A DNA stretch of 44,753 nt from Chiloscyllium plagiosum (taxonomy: Eukaryota), in contig NC_057718.1 of assembly GCF_004010195.1 (NCBI RefSeq), forward strand, positions 91,141,651-91,186,403, given 5' to 3'. Made by a program: the position numbers and the translations under genes. The notes under the pieces were generated by a model. The model worked only from the letters and a program-made list of their open reading frames with translations. It was not told where the DNA came from and did not search any database. This document shows positions 22,125 to 34,830 of this stretch, piece by piece (the first letter of the stretch is position 1; each line of letters starts with the position of its first letter).

Positions 22125-24732
22125 TCAGCCTTCCTGGGGCCAGAAGGATGTCTCAGAGAGGGTGCAGAATGTTCTCAAGGGGGAGAGGGACCAGCAGGAG
22201 GTCATTGTACACATTGGAGCCAATGACATAGGAAGGCAAAACGATGAGATTTTGAAGGGAGAATATAGAGAGCGAGGTAGGAATTTAAAAAGGAGATCCT
22301 CGAGAGTAGTAATATCTGGATTACTCCCGGTGCTGCGAGCTAGTGAGGTTAGGAATAGGAGGATAGAGCAGATGAATGCATGGCTGAGGAGTTGGCGTAT
22401 GGTAGAAGGATTCACATTTTTTGGATCATTGGATTCTCTTCTGGGGTAGAAGACCTGTACAAGGAGGACGGATTGCACATGAATTGGAAGGGAGATTTGC
22501 TCGAGCTGCTCAGGAGGATTTAAACTATTAAGGTGGGGGGGGGGGGGTGGAACCCAGGGAGATAGTGAGGAAAGAGATCAATCTGAGACTGGTACAGTTG
22601 AGGAAAGAAGCAAGTCAGTCAGGGTAGGCAGGGACAAAGCAGAGAACAAGGTAGGACTGATAAGTTAAACTGCATTTATTTCAATGCAAGAGGCCTAGCA
22701 GGAAAGGCAGATGAACTCAGGGCATGGTTAGGAACATGGGACTGGGATATCATAGCAATTACAGAAATGTGGCTCAGGAATGGACAGGACTGGCAGCTTA
22801 ATGTTCCAGGATACAAATGCTACACGAAGGATAGAAAGGGAGGCAAGAGAGGAGGGGGACTGGTGTTTTTGATAAGGGATAGCATTACAGCTGTACTGAG
22901 GGAGGATATTCCCGGAAATACATCCGGGGAAGTTATTTGGGTGGAACTGAGATATAAGAAAGGGATGATCACATTATTGGAATGGTATTATAGACCCCCT
23001 AATAGAGGGAAATTGAGAAACAGATTTTAAGGAGATCTTGGTTATCTGTAAGAATAATAGGGTGGTTATGGTAGAGGATTTTAACTTTCCAAACATCGAC
23101 TGGACTGCCATAGAGTTAAGGGTTAAGTGTTAGTGTGGGAGCACTTTGGGGTCATGGCCATAATTCTATTTGTTTTAAAATCGTGATGGAAAAAGGATAG
23201 ACCAGATCTAAAAGTTGAATTCTAAATTGGAGGAAGGCTAATTTTGACGGTATTAGGCAAGAACTTTCAAAAGTTGATTGGGTGCAGATGTTCGCAGATT
23301 GGCTAGAAAATGGGAAGCTTTCAGAAATGAAATAACGAGAGTACAGAGACAGCATATTCCTGTTAGGGTGAAAGAAAAGGCTGGTAGGTGAATGGAATGC
23401 TGAATGATGAAAGAAATTGAGAGTTTGGTTAAGAAAAAGGAAGCATATGTCAAGATAGATCATATGAATACTTAGAAGAGTATAAAGGCAGTAGGAGTAT
23501 ACTTAAGAAGGAAATCAGGAGGACAAAAAGGGCACATGAGATAGCTTTGGCAAATAGAGTAACGAGGGAGAGAATAGGGCCCCTCAAAGATCAGCAAAGC
23601 GGCCTTTATGTGGAACCGCAGGAGCTGGGAGAGATACTAAACTTGTATTTTACATCAGTGTTTAGTGTTGAAAGGACATGGAAGGTATAGAATGTAGGGA
23701 AATAGATGATGATATCTTGAAAAATGTCCATATTACATTGGAGGAAGTGCTGGATGTCCTGAAATGCAGAAAAGTGGATAACGCCCCAGGACTTGATCAG
23801 GTGTACCCTCAAACATGTGGGAAGCTAAAGAAGTGATTGTTTGACCCCTTGCAGAGATATTTGTATCAATAGTCACAGGTGAGGTGCCGGAAGACTGGAG
23901 GTTGGCTAATGTGGTGCCACTGTTTAAGAAGGGTGATAAGGACAAGCCAGGGAACTATAGACCAGTGAGCATGACGTCGGCGGTGGGCAAGTTGTTGGAG
24001 GGAATCCTGAGGGATAGGATTTACATGTATTTGGAAAGGCAAGAACTGATTAGGGATAGTCAATATGGCATTGTGCATGCAAAACCGTGTCTCACAAACT
24101 TGACTGAGTTTTTTGAAGAAGTAACAAAGAGGATTGATATGGGCAGAGCAGTAGATGTGATCTATATGGACTTCAGTAAGGCGTTTGACAAGGTTCCCCA
24201 TGGGAGACTGGTAAGCAAAGTTAGATCTCATGAAATACAGGGAGATCTAGTCATTTGGATACAGAACTGGCTCAAAGAAAGAAGACAGACAGTGGTGGTG
24301 GAGGGTTATTTTTCAGATTGGAGGCCTGTGACCAGTGGAGTGCCACAAGGATCGGTGCTGGGTCCTCTACTTGTCGTCATTTATATAAATGATTTGGATG
24401 TGAGCATAAGAGGTATAGTTAGTACGTTTGCAGATTACACTGAAATTGAAGGTGTAGTGGACAGCGAAGAAGGTTACCTCCGATTAAAACAAGATCTTGA
24501 TCAGATGGGCCAATGGGCTGAGAAGTGGCAGATAGAGTTTAATTTAGATAAATGTGAGGTGCTGCATTTTTGAAAAGCAAGCCTTAGCAGGACTTACACA
24601 TAATGGCAAAGTCCTGGGATATTTGCCTGGTGCTGGCAAGTGGGACTAGCTTGGGTTGGGATATCTGGTCGGCATGGACGAGTTGGGACTGAAGGGGCTG
24701 TTTCCATGCTGTACATCTTTATGACTCTATAT
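22125..24732 (+). mobile_element. CR1 LINE retaining the ORF1 esterase C-terminus and a deleted ORF2 (APE plus RT)
   Basis: ORF1 has VIVHIGANDIG...VVISGLLPV...NAWL...DGLH.N (SGNH/GDSL). ORF2 has YFNARGL, DIIAITEMWL, DRKGGKRGGG.V and YYRPP. RT ORF 23884-24573 has DFSKAFDKV, GVPQGSVLGP and FADY. Ends TATGACTCTAT. Confidence 0.95.
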
Positions 24733-24924
24733 AATTCTCATTTATTAAAGCAAGTTATCATTCTGAACCTAGATGCAAAAAATGTTCATCAGTTCAATTC
24801 CAGGGATGACGAGGTTGTCCAATCAGAAGAGGTTGTGTACAAAGGACCTATACTTCAAGAATTAGAGCTCATCCTTTTGAATCCTAAGATTCTATTTTCC
24901 CTGGCTACTGAAACTTGAACCAGA

Positions 24925-25190
24925 GAGAATAGTTTCAGGATAAGGGTGGCCATTTTAGACTGAGATGAGGTGAAATTGCTTCACTCAAAGGTGATTCTCA
25001 GCCACAGAGGGCTTTGGTGCTCAATCGTTCAGTATACTCAAGATGGAGATTCTTGAAATCTATGATCAATATCAGTGGATTTGAGAATTAATGAAAAATT
25101 GGAACCAAAGTCTAAAATCAGCCAAAATGTTTATGAACAGGTGGAGCAGACTCTCTAGGAGCTGTATGGTCTACTTTAGCTCCAATGCCA
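24925..25190 (+). mobile_element. Old CR1/L2-clade LINE 3' tail
   Basis: AGGATAAGGGT..CCATTTTAGACTGAGATGAGG..AAATTGCTTCACTCA resembles the reverse complement of 44590-44660. Confidence 0.6.
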
Positions 25191-25255
25191 ATGATTTTAT
25201 AACGGGTGTCACAATTCTAGATTAGTATAATGGTCTTAACTATAAACTGGCATAC

Positions 25256-25357
25256 CTTAACGTGCTGTGTACGTTGAAGTAGGCACCTGTACAGGTTTCT
25301 TGTTCTTTCGTATTCTTCTTGCTCAATTTCAAAGTCTATATAAGACTTCCAAAGAAC
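25256..25357 (-). CDS. CRNKL1: CRNKL1 coding exon (102 nt)
   Basis: [41 protein letters not shown]. Confidence 0.96.
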
Positions 25358-26854
25358 CTGAAAAGTAACGCAGTTAATAAAATTACATAATTTGGTATTT
25401 TAAGAAAAACATTATAAGTTGTTAACATTCAAGATTTCTGGACTTTAAAAATTATAGGATGCTAATGTGTCTTGTATTCTTACAGTCCAAAAAAATAGGT
25501 TGAACTGATCCAAGACCAACTCGAAGGTGTACAGTCTTGGAATAAGAGGTACAGATCTTCATTTTATACTATGAATTGTACTTGACTTTGGTTTATGAAG
25601 GTTGTTACTGACAGTCAAAACAATGAGATACCATTTGAGGTGTAGTTATTTTGCACCATTTTCTCAAAGTATTGACAAGACTTCTGCTTCCAGAAGATGA
25701 AGCCTTGAAACTAATATCAGATCAGTGAAATGTACAACCATTCAGCAGTAATAATCTGAAGTAACATACGTGAGATAACACAGGAGCTTTTATAAATATT
25801 TGAGGTGTTGCAAAGTTCCCTAATCAATCTCTAAATGAACTATTATTTGTTGCCTTCATTCATTCCCTTTCAGGAAAATATTTAAACACCACAATCCCGT
25901 CTTTTAGGAGGGAAAAAATATTCCTTCAGTAACTCAGTCACAAAGCTTTTTTCTTTTAATCACATGTGACTGAGCTGAAAAGGACATTTTACAAAATTTT
26001 GGCATAGCACATTTAGCTGCTGTTTTAACGAACTGTTAAGATTTTTGATAAGGAAATACAAAAGCAAAAATAAACTCAAAATACTATAGAATTTTTTAAA
26101 ATGCCCTCTAATATCATAACTAGTACAAATTTGCAATTTTTGAAACCCTTGCTTTTGCAGTATTACTTGGTATTTGAGCAGTTACAATATGCCATGAGCT
26201 AAATGCACTATTTAAAAGGACTAACTTAGAAATCGCAACACAAAAATAAATTCAAATTTTATTTTCTATTAGTTTTGTGGCAGGATCATACACAAAACCA
26301 ACGGAGTGACTAAATGGTAGTTTCTCTAAATCTAATATTCCTCTTAATTTCATTGAGTCTTACAGGAGGCTGGGTTGAGGGAACAAACATCATTTGAAAG
26401 ACGAAATGGAGTGAATGCTAGAGAACAAAAGCTCAAGTATACAGGACAATGGTTTATATTTACCTTAGGATTTCCAGTTACTACGAGAGCTAAGCAAAGC
26501 CAGAGAAAACAGGCAACTTTAAATAGACAGCTACATTACTAGAGTGAGCTGCTGCTTGGTTATTTAATGCAAAGGAATCTTAAACATGATACTTTGAGAA
26601 CGGATTGAAAGCCAGTATTACACAAAAAGAAAATATTTGGTGACATAAATACAAAAGGTAAATGAGATCTTTGGTAATTGGATGTAAAATCACAAGGAGG
26701 ACTCTTTAGATTTGTACAATTTAGAGGGTCATGGCAACTGCAAAGATAAACCAAAATGACATAATGAACGAAATCTCATTGTTATAAAGACAGCTTTAAA
26801 AACTGGGGCTTTCTCCACTCTGGAACAAAATACATAAATCGGATTAATAGAAAA

Positions 26855-27020
26855 CGAAAGAATTGCAGATGCTGGAAATCAGAAACAAAATCAGAAATTG
26901 CTTGAAAACCTAAGCAGGTCTGGCAGCACCTGTTGAGAGAAAGCAGGGTAACTGGACCTCAAACATGAACTTTGCTTTCTCTCCATAGAGGCTGTCCAGT
27001 AGTCTCTGGTTTTGTTTCAG
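26855..27020. mobile_element. Fold-back PLE terminal-repeat remnant
   Basis: GCAGATGCTGGAAATCAGAAACAAAA...GAGAGAAAGCAG arm opposed to a GCTTTCTCTCCATAGA...TTTTGTTTCAG arm. Confidence 0.6.
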
Positions 27021-27235
27021 GTTAATGGATGTTTTCAAGATGGTGCAAGAACAGCATCCAATACCTGATAAGCAGAAATTCCCTCCAATTAAACAGTGGA
27101 AAGAATGAAGCCATTACTTTTTGAGCCACTGCAAACTCAGTTCCTCTTATCACTCTCCCTTTCCCAAGTGCTTAGGAGTCTGAGTCAGATTGATCACAAC
27201 CTTGGACTTATATCTTGTCCTGAAATGAGCTTCCC

Positions 27236-28762
27236 AGAAAAGTGGTAAGGCAAAGCCGGGGAATGATAGATCAGTGAGCCTGACATCAGTGATAGGCAAG
27301 TTGTTGTTGGGGATTCTGAGGGATACAATTCAACATATATACTCACATATAGGTCGATCCTTATTATTTTTGGCTAAAGAATCTTGTATTTTCGATATAT
27401 CTCATGTATAAGTCATATACACGAGATATATCATTCTAAACCTCTTAAAACTGCATGTTCCGATTAACCCACTTAAAGTTGCATTCATTCATTCATACCT
27501 GTGACTCTACTGATCACTCTTTGTTTACTATATTGTGTATCAATTCATTCAAAACTCTACTCAACTCACTTGGTTTACTACAGCACGTTTTGATTCGTTC
27601 ATTCATTCAGACCGGTACTAAGTCTATCAGTATTTATCACACTTTGTTCACTATACATCCAAAAGCTAATATCGTTAAAAAGTTAATCATTTTAATTGTG
27701 CCATTATATCTGAATAAAAGTGAGATATATTAGCTACACACCGGTATATCTTCAATTCTTTGACAAATTTGTTAATGTTGTTGATATTCATAACATACGA
27801 GAGTAAATGGGAGGGAAACAGAAGAATTTGGCGGGAAAGTTGAAAATGGTCACACATTCAGAATTTCATAAATGTTTCATTTTAAATGTGCCATTATACC
27901 AGGCCATGGCAATGTTGAACAGTGTGATTTTCCAGGATTTCAATGAATTTTGACGTTAATTTTTCATACTGGTCTCTTGCTTTTTTCCGGTCATTACCTT
28001 TACTGTAATTCAGTGTGTTTTTCTTCTTTACCTGGGATTAGTTGTGTGATCAAATTGACTTTTGCTAATAATACAGTATTACAAACTGCAGCATGAATTT
28101 CAGCCCCTCAAAATTTGTGCCCGTGTATTAGTCGACCCTCTAAATTGAACCTTTTAAAATAGTCTTAAAAATTTGACCTGTACAGTAGTATATATGGTAT
28201 GTTTTTGGAATGGCAAGGAATAATTAGCGATACTAGACATGGCTTTGTGCATGGGTTTTTTGAAGAAGTGACGAAGAGGATTGATAAAGGCAGAGCCATG
28301 GATGTTGTCTATATGGACTTCAGTAAAGCATCCAATAAGGTTCTGCTGGTTGACTGGTTTACAAGATTAGAGCACATGGAATACAAGAGGAACTAGCTAT
28401 CTGGATACAAAATTGGTATGAAGGCAGAAGACAGAGGGTGGTAGTGGCTGAGGGTAGCTTTTTGGCCTGGAGGCCTGTGACTAGGGGTGTGCAGCAGGGA
28501 TTGGTGGTGAGTCCACTGCTTTTGTCATTTATATAAATAATTTGGATGTGAATATAAGAGTTGGTAAGTTTGCAGATGACACCAAAACTGGAGGTGTAGT
28601 GGACAGCGAAGGATGTTACCTCAGAGTACAATGGGATCTTGATCAGATGGGCTGAAGAACGGCAGATGGGAGTTTACTCTAGATAATCGTGAGGTGGTAC
28701 ACTTCGGTAGGGCAAATCAGGGCAGGTCTTATATAATTAACGGTATGGTCCTGGGGAGTGAC
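27236..28762 (+). mobile_element. CR1 RT remnant split by a DNA-transposon insertion
   Basis: GGGATTCTGAGGGATA (27310-27325) continues as TGTTTTTGGAATGGCAAGG at 28200; contains MDFSKA and KFADD. Confidence 0.8.
27333..28197. mobile_element. Non-autonomous Tc1/mariner(pogo)-type DNA transposon (MITE)
   Basis: Imperfect TIRs ACATATATACTCACATATAGGTC / GACCTGTACAGTAGTATATATGG followed by TA; subterminal GTAT(A/T)AGTC motifs; interrupts a CR1. Confidence 0.65.
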
Positions 28763-30285
28763 TAGGGCCCTTCAACAATCAGCAAGGCAGCCTGTGTGTG
28801 GAGCCGGAGGAGATACTAATTGAATATTTTGCATCAGTGTTTACTGTGGAGAAGGACATGGATGATATAGAATGTGTGGAAATAGATGGTGACATCTTGA
28901 AAAATATCCATATTACACAGGAGGTGATGCTAGATGTCATGAAATGCATAAAAGTGGATAAATCGCCAGGACCTGATCAGGTGTATCCTAGAACTCTGCA
29001 GGAAGCTAGGGAAGTGATTGCTGGGCCCCTTGTTGAGATACTTGTATCGTTGATAGTCACAGGTGAGGTGCTGGAAAACTGGAGGTTGGCTAACGTGGTG
29101 CCACTATTTAAGAAAGGTGGTACCAGTGAGCATTATCAACTGACTTGTATAAAGCGGATGAGTTTCCTTTGATCGGGGCCTCTTTTGACTCGACTTCGCA
29201 CGCCTGTGAAAAGTGTCAAAGGGGGTCACCTAGCTTGTACAGGCTTTAATAAACTTGAACTGTTAGAAGTTGATGTATGCAAATTGCATCTCGTATGTGT
29301 GAAACCTCGGGAAAGAACCTAAAAGTCCACTACTTTTTATGATTTATATAAATGATTTGAATGCAAACACAGGAGTTATAATTAGTATGTTTCCAGATGA
29401 CACCAAAACTGGAGGTGTAGTGGACAACAAAGAAGGTTATCTCAGAGTACAATGGAATTTTGATCAGATGGGCCAATGGTCTGAAGAGTGGCAGATGGAG
29501 TTTAATTTAGATTAAAGTGAGATGCTGCATTTTGGAAAAGCAAATCACAGCAGGACTTATATATTTAATGGTAAGGTCCTGGGGAGTCCAGATTCATAGT
29601 TCCTTTAAAGTAGAGTCGTACGTAGATAGGATAGTGAAGGCGGCGTTTGTTATGCTTTCCTTTATTGGTCGGAGCACTGAGTATAGGAGTTGGGAGGTCA
29701 TGTTGCGGCTGTACAGAACACTGGTGAGGCCACATCTAGAATATTGCGTGCAATTCTGGTCTCCTTCCTGTCAGAAGGATATTGTGAAACTTGAAAGAGT
29801 TCAGAAAAGATTTACAAGGATGTTGACAGGGTTGGAGGATGTGAGCTACAGGGAGAGGCTGAATAGGCTGGGGCTGTTTTCCCTGGAGCGTGAAGGCTGA
29901 GGAGTGACCTTACACAGGATTATAAAATCATGAGGGGCATGGGTAGAATAAATAGACAAGGTCTTTTCCCTGGGTGGGGAGTCCATAAGTAGAGGGCATA
30001 GGTTTAGGGTGAGGGGGGAAAAATATACAAGGGTCCTAAGGGGCAACTTTTTCACGCAGAGGGTGATGCGTGTATGAAATGAACTGCTAGAGGAAGTGGT
30101 CAATGCTGGTACAATTACAGCATTTAAAGGGCATCTGGATGGGTATGTAAATAGGAAAGAGTTTAGAGGAAAATGGGTGAATTGCTGGCAAATGGGACTA
30201 GATTAGGTTACGATATCTGGTCAGCTTGGATGAGTTGGACCATAAGGTCTGTTTCCGTGCTGTACGTCCCCATGACTCTATGAGT
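28763..30285 (+). mobile_element. CR1 ORF2 remnant with 3' tail; central RT part replaced by a foreign segment
   Basis: KSPGPDQVYPR.L.EARE and WRLANVVPLFKKG, then RPHLEYCVQFWSP and LERVQKRFTRM. Ends ATGACTCTATGA. Confidence 0.9.
29132..29324 (+). mobile_element. Putative LTR fragment (TATA-R-U5-like) embedded in the CR1
   Basis: TATAAA at 29148-29153, a 51-nt hairpin at 29177-29227 and AATAAA at 29248-29253. No similarity to the other CR1 copies in the window. Confidence 0.45.
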
Positions 30286-30965
30286 GTTACCAAGCAAAGA
30301 GAGTTTGGAGTGCAGTTTTATGTTCTTTGAAAGTGGAGTTGCAGGTAGACAGGGTAGTGAAGGAGGTGTTTGGTATGCTTGCCTTTATTGGTCAGTGCAT
30401 TGAGCGTTGAAGTTGGGCAGTCATGTTGCAGCTGTACATGACATTGGTTAGCCACCTTTGGAACACAGCAATCAATTGTAGTATCTCTACAATGGGAAAG
30501 ATGTTGCTGAACCTGAAAGGGTTCAGAAAAGATTTACAAGGATTCTGCTAAGGTTGGAGGGTTTGAGCTAGAGGGAGAGGCTGAATAGGCTGGGGCTGTT
30601 TTTGATCAAGCATCAGCACTGAGAGGTGACCTTAGAGGTTTATAAGATCATGAGGGGCACAGAGTGGGTAAGTAGTCAAAGTCTTTTCCCCAGGGTAGCA
30701 GATTCCAAAACTAGATTTAAGGAGAGAGGAGAAAGATTTAAAAGGAACCTAAGGGGCAATTTTTTCACGGAATGAACTGCCAGAGGAAGTGGTGAGACTA
30801 GTAAAATTACAACATTACAGAGGCATCTGGATGGGTATATGAAAAGGAAGGGTTTAAGAGGGATATGGGCCAATTGCTGGCAAATGGGACTAGATTAATT
30901 TGGGATATCTGGTAGGCATGGAGGTGGACCGAAGGATCTGTTTTTGTGCTGACTCCATCTATACT
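30286..30965 (+). mobile_element. CR1 3' fragment in tandem with the previous copy
   Basis: Repeats the C-terminal ORF2 and 3' UTR sequence seen at 29590-30285 and 15140-15836. Confidence 0.88.
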
Positions 30966-30989
30966 ACAATCGAGACTATTTCCAGCCCT

Positions 30990-31430
30990 GACTTATGGCC
31001 TGACTTTAACCTTACTTAGTTTATCTGCTGCAGAAACTTTCATCCATCTCTCTGTTACTGCTGGACTCAATTATACCCACCCATTCTTGGTCAGTATCCT
31101 AAATGCTACTTTTCCCAGACTTGAAGCTATTCAAAATTTGCTGTCCATGTCTTAGCTTGCACAAAGTTCTGCCCACTGATATTCCTCTGCTAACCAATTT
31201 ACACTGGGCTTCCAGTTGAACACAGCTTCAGTTTTGAAATTCACATCTTTGTTTACAAACCAACCCATGATCTCTCTCTCTCTCCCTACTTCTGAATTCT
31301 CTTTCGACTATATAACTACCCTCTCTTCCAGGACTCACCAATTCCTGGTTTCTTGAGAGCAATCTTAATTTTAAACACTCCACTCATGCCCTGGACTGCC
31401 TAAGCACTAATATTTGAAATTCTTTCCCAA
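30990..31430 (+). mobile_element. L2-clade LINE 3' remnant
   Basis: LSLSAAETFIH.SVTAGLNY (L2 C-terminal pattern) and ACACTGGG/CTTCCAGTT (LHWLPV-like). Confidence 0.6.
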
Positions 31431-32473
31431 TATCTTACTTCTGTCTTTCCTGCATAATTCTTACAGTACTCAAACTATAAAAAGGATGGTGGGTAAATCT
31501 GCCTCTGAAAAACCCCAAATTCCGCAGAGAGAAAAAAAACAATAAAGGGGGCAACAAATTATAGAAAGGTTGCCCTGATACAAGACAGACAGAACCTGCA
31601 AGGAACTTACATTCCATATTTTCCATCAAACTTCCTAAGATGAGTTGCAGAAAGATAATGTTAAATGCTTATACAAATCAAATTTGCTGTTGTAGATGGG
31701 TCAAGTTTAAGAGCTAACACTATCAAACCACGCTGAACGCTCGAGTTTGTTATCATTTGACAAATCAGGAAATAAGATATTATCAACACACTTGGAGTTA
31801 ACAGAAGTGGGAAAGTTCAGTGTATATTTTGTTTGAAAATTAACCTAAACTGATTATCTGGTTATAACGGACATAAGATGATAGGTGATGTTTGCAATTT
31901 AATAGTGAAAAGAATCCCTCTCCTTAACAAGTTGTCTATTATTAGTGAAAATTCAATAAAGTGTTTGAAAGCGTGATGACTAGCTAGTTTGCAAATACAG
32001 AATCTTCACAGACACATGACTGAAAGAACTGTAACTTCCTACTGGATATAGTGGATTGGTCATTTGAACATGGCCTTATTTAGGTGACATCACTTCCTAT
32101 AGATATAAAGCAGAATAACTGAAGGGTTTTAAGCACATTCAGTCTTAAAAGTAACCAATTTCTAAGCATTGAATGAGTGATTGAAAACCATGGCTTTACA
32201 TCGTCAAGGTAATAAACACTTATAGAGAAAGTACATAATATAAAATCTCCTTTTCTTCCATGAAGAATTAGTTAAGAATAACACAGCTATAACCATACAT
32301 TGAAAAGCTAATCACTACTTACTGCATGTGTTGAGAAATCATCTAATTCCTAAATTTGTCATAAATACTTACTTGATATTGCAAGTAATGGCCTTGTTAC
32401 AAAATGTGTTGCTTAATGCATGTGCAATTGTCAAAATTATTAATGACATTGGAGAACTGACCAAATCTCTTAC

Positions 32474-32713
32474 CTCTGGCATATCTAGCCTAGGTTGGCC
32501 AATTGCCAATTCATAGATTGCACGAGCCCGTTCAATATCACCCAGAATGGTCTCCAACTCAGCAAATTTAATCCAAGTAGTGCAGTTCTCTGGTGAAAAC
32601 TCGAGGTATTTTTCATAGAGTTTCCTACACCGATCAAACTCACGAAGCTGGAGCTCTAGTTCAATATATCCTTTGAACAGCTTGTTCTTTGGACATTTTC
32701 CTATGCCAGTACC
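32474..32713 (-). CDS. CRNKL1: CRNKL1 coding exon (240 nt)
   Basis: [80 protein letters not shown] (HAT repeats); AG/GTAAG. Confidence 0.97.
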
Positions 32714-33339
32714 CTGAAGATGTGTAGAAAGAAACATTCCAACAAATTATTACGCAGTAATGTACAGTTTTTCCTGATCCAGAATAAAGAATCTGCTTTA
32801 GTTAACAGGTTCGCTGCAAAAATAAAAGCAGGCAGCATAATATGGCATGGCATGGCATGGTGGTGTAGGACAGACAACTTTATAATGTCCTTTAAAAATT
32901 AAGAAAAATCATAATTTGATGGGAAATAGTAAAGTAACCAATTCTATAAAGTTTAGATATCTAAAACACAAAAATACTACACACAGACAGATCGATTAGC
33001 AACTAGAATGAGAAAATAACCAAGTTTCTGGTTCTCTGTTTCTTTTAGATGCCAAACTGTTACTGGTTTCAAAATAGTTCAGCATTTGTTCATTTTTAAA
33101 CATGAATGTTGTCCAACGGAACTAATAGTTGAACTAAGTGCATTCTGATGTCAGCACTTTTCTCTCAGCAATATGGAATTCAAATTATTTTATTTTTAGG
33201 TTTAGGATCTGGTGGGTGGTGTCAAGAACTTATACTTAAATGTACTTTCCCATCTCAAGAACCTATTTGTAATTTTAACATTCTAATCTCGAGGGGATTT
33301 TACCTGGTATTGGTAAAATCTTGCATTTTGCTTCCCCGA

Positions 33340-33640
33340 AGATTCAGCAGCTTAGTCCATTAAGAGGCCAAGCCCTGTATGGCAATATCTCAAATTCAAT
33401 TACCATCTGTGCCAAGTTAAACTAATCTCTAGTCTGGGTGATAATAATGCTGCTGCAGTTAGCCTCAGGGTCTCCACGTTGGGAATGGGAAAATCAGTCG
33501 GGGTTTTCCCCCCTCTGCCGGCTATCCACTTAACACCTGCTATAAAGGCACGTTGTGTGCGTGGATATTAGCTGAGGACAGAGTCAGCTGCAGTCTTGTC
33601 ACCTCCTCTGGTGTGCAATCTATTGATATTAATTTCATAT
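33340..33640 (+). mobile_element. Degenerate SINE-like interspersed repeat
   Basis: GC-richer island (CTGTGCCAAGTTA.CTAATCTC...GCCTCAG...GGGAAAATCAGTCGGGGTT...GCTATCCA) resembling an old shark SINE body from memory only. Confidence 0.35.
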
Positions 33641-33949
33641 AAAGGGCATCTGGTATCTCAAAAAGTAATGCTTGTCTTCAGGACAAATAATGGACTAAAT
33701 AGGTAAAAATAAATAATACGTTTGCAAAGAAAGTCAATCAATTGCCTTGGCAACTGGATTCTGCTGTTAATTGTTGCACACATCTGCCAAAACCAGCACT
33801 GTGACAGCCAATGTTTCAGAAAAACAGCATAATGCTGCAATGAAAATATATATGAAATTTATGAGTGTCTAAATTAACTATCATATCCAAAAGCTAATAA
33901 AGATACATTTCTGCAAAATAATAAATCATTAAAGTTGTTTGGCACTTAC

Positions 33950-34030
33950 TAAAGCCCTCCTGGCGAGAGATAGGTTCTTCTGTCGAACTTCAAATTGCGC
34001 ATATAGCAGCCACAATTTAGCAAACGTGAA
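33950..34030 (-). CDS. CRNKL1: CRNKL1 coding exon (81 nt)
   Basis: FTFAKLWLLYAQFEVRQKNLSLARRAL; AG/GTAAGT. Confidence 0.96.
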
Positions 34031-34504
34031 CTAAAAGCACAAGATGTTAAGATCAGAGGTGAAAGTGAATTCATGAAATAGTATTTTAAATTATTCTAAA
34101 TTACACTGGAGTGAGAGACACACAATCATTTTGGATCTGAAGCCCATTGTGCCATGACGGTCAGACCTTAATTTGTACGAAACAGAACATTATAGAATAG
34201 TTCAAAGTTGTGAACATCTCAATCATCTGTAATCTTCCCCATTATTTTACTTTATTAAAGAATCATGTAAAACAGAAGAGCCTTTATCAGTTCCTTCAAA
34301 AGGGAGAGCCTTAAGAGAAGAAAGATCAAAGATACCAAATACTTGTGGAATTTCAACAACAAATGTACTGTTTTACAAGTTGCAAATTTGAAAATGCACA
34401 GGCAATTTTGATTTAAACCCAAGGCCAAAATACAATCTTCAATGATTTATTTCAGAGTAATTCTGACAGATTACTCGCAGTAAATTCCAGCAGCGAGAAA
34501 AAAA

Positions 34505-34830
34505 GTTTACATTTATATAGTATCTTTTAAGACCTCAGCTATTTTTGAAGTGCAGTCATTGTTGTAGGGAAATTCAATGATGAATTGTGCAAGGTGGAAA
34601 TTGTTAAGAAAAAATAATTTTTATTTTAGTATGCTGGTTGAAGAATAAATGATGGCCAGGCCACAGAGTGAACTTCCCATCTCTTTGAATGGTGCTATGA
34701 ATTTTGTTTAGTGTCGACCTTAAAAGTCTCAAAGCCTCGGTGTAACCTCTGATTCAAAAGATGGCACCTCCTAAATACTACACAGAAGCCTCAGTCTGGA
34801 TTACATGCTGACATCCTGGAGCTGGGCTGC
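34505..34830 (-). mobile_element. Deu-domain SINE (SacSINE1/AmnSINE1-like), degenerate
   Basis: GGCCAGG.CAC.G.G.GAACT.CC...GTGCTATG...GCCTCGGT.TAAC.TCT.AT.C.AAAGA.GGCACCTCC...GATTA..TGCT.A..TC.TGGAG follows the Deu core as I recall it. Confidence 0.6.

Noticed and set aside
23884..24573. 229-aa RT ORF as an active or domesticated gene
   Set aside because: Catalytic FADD is FADY, and the flanking ORF2 has stops, frameshifts and deletions.
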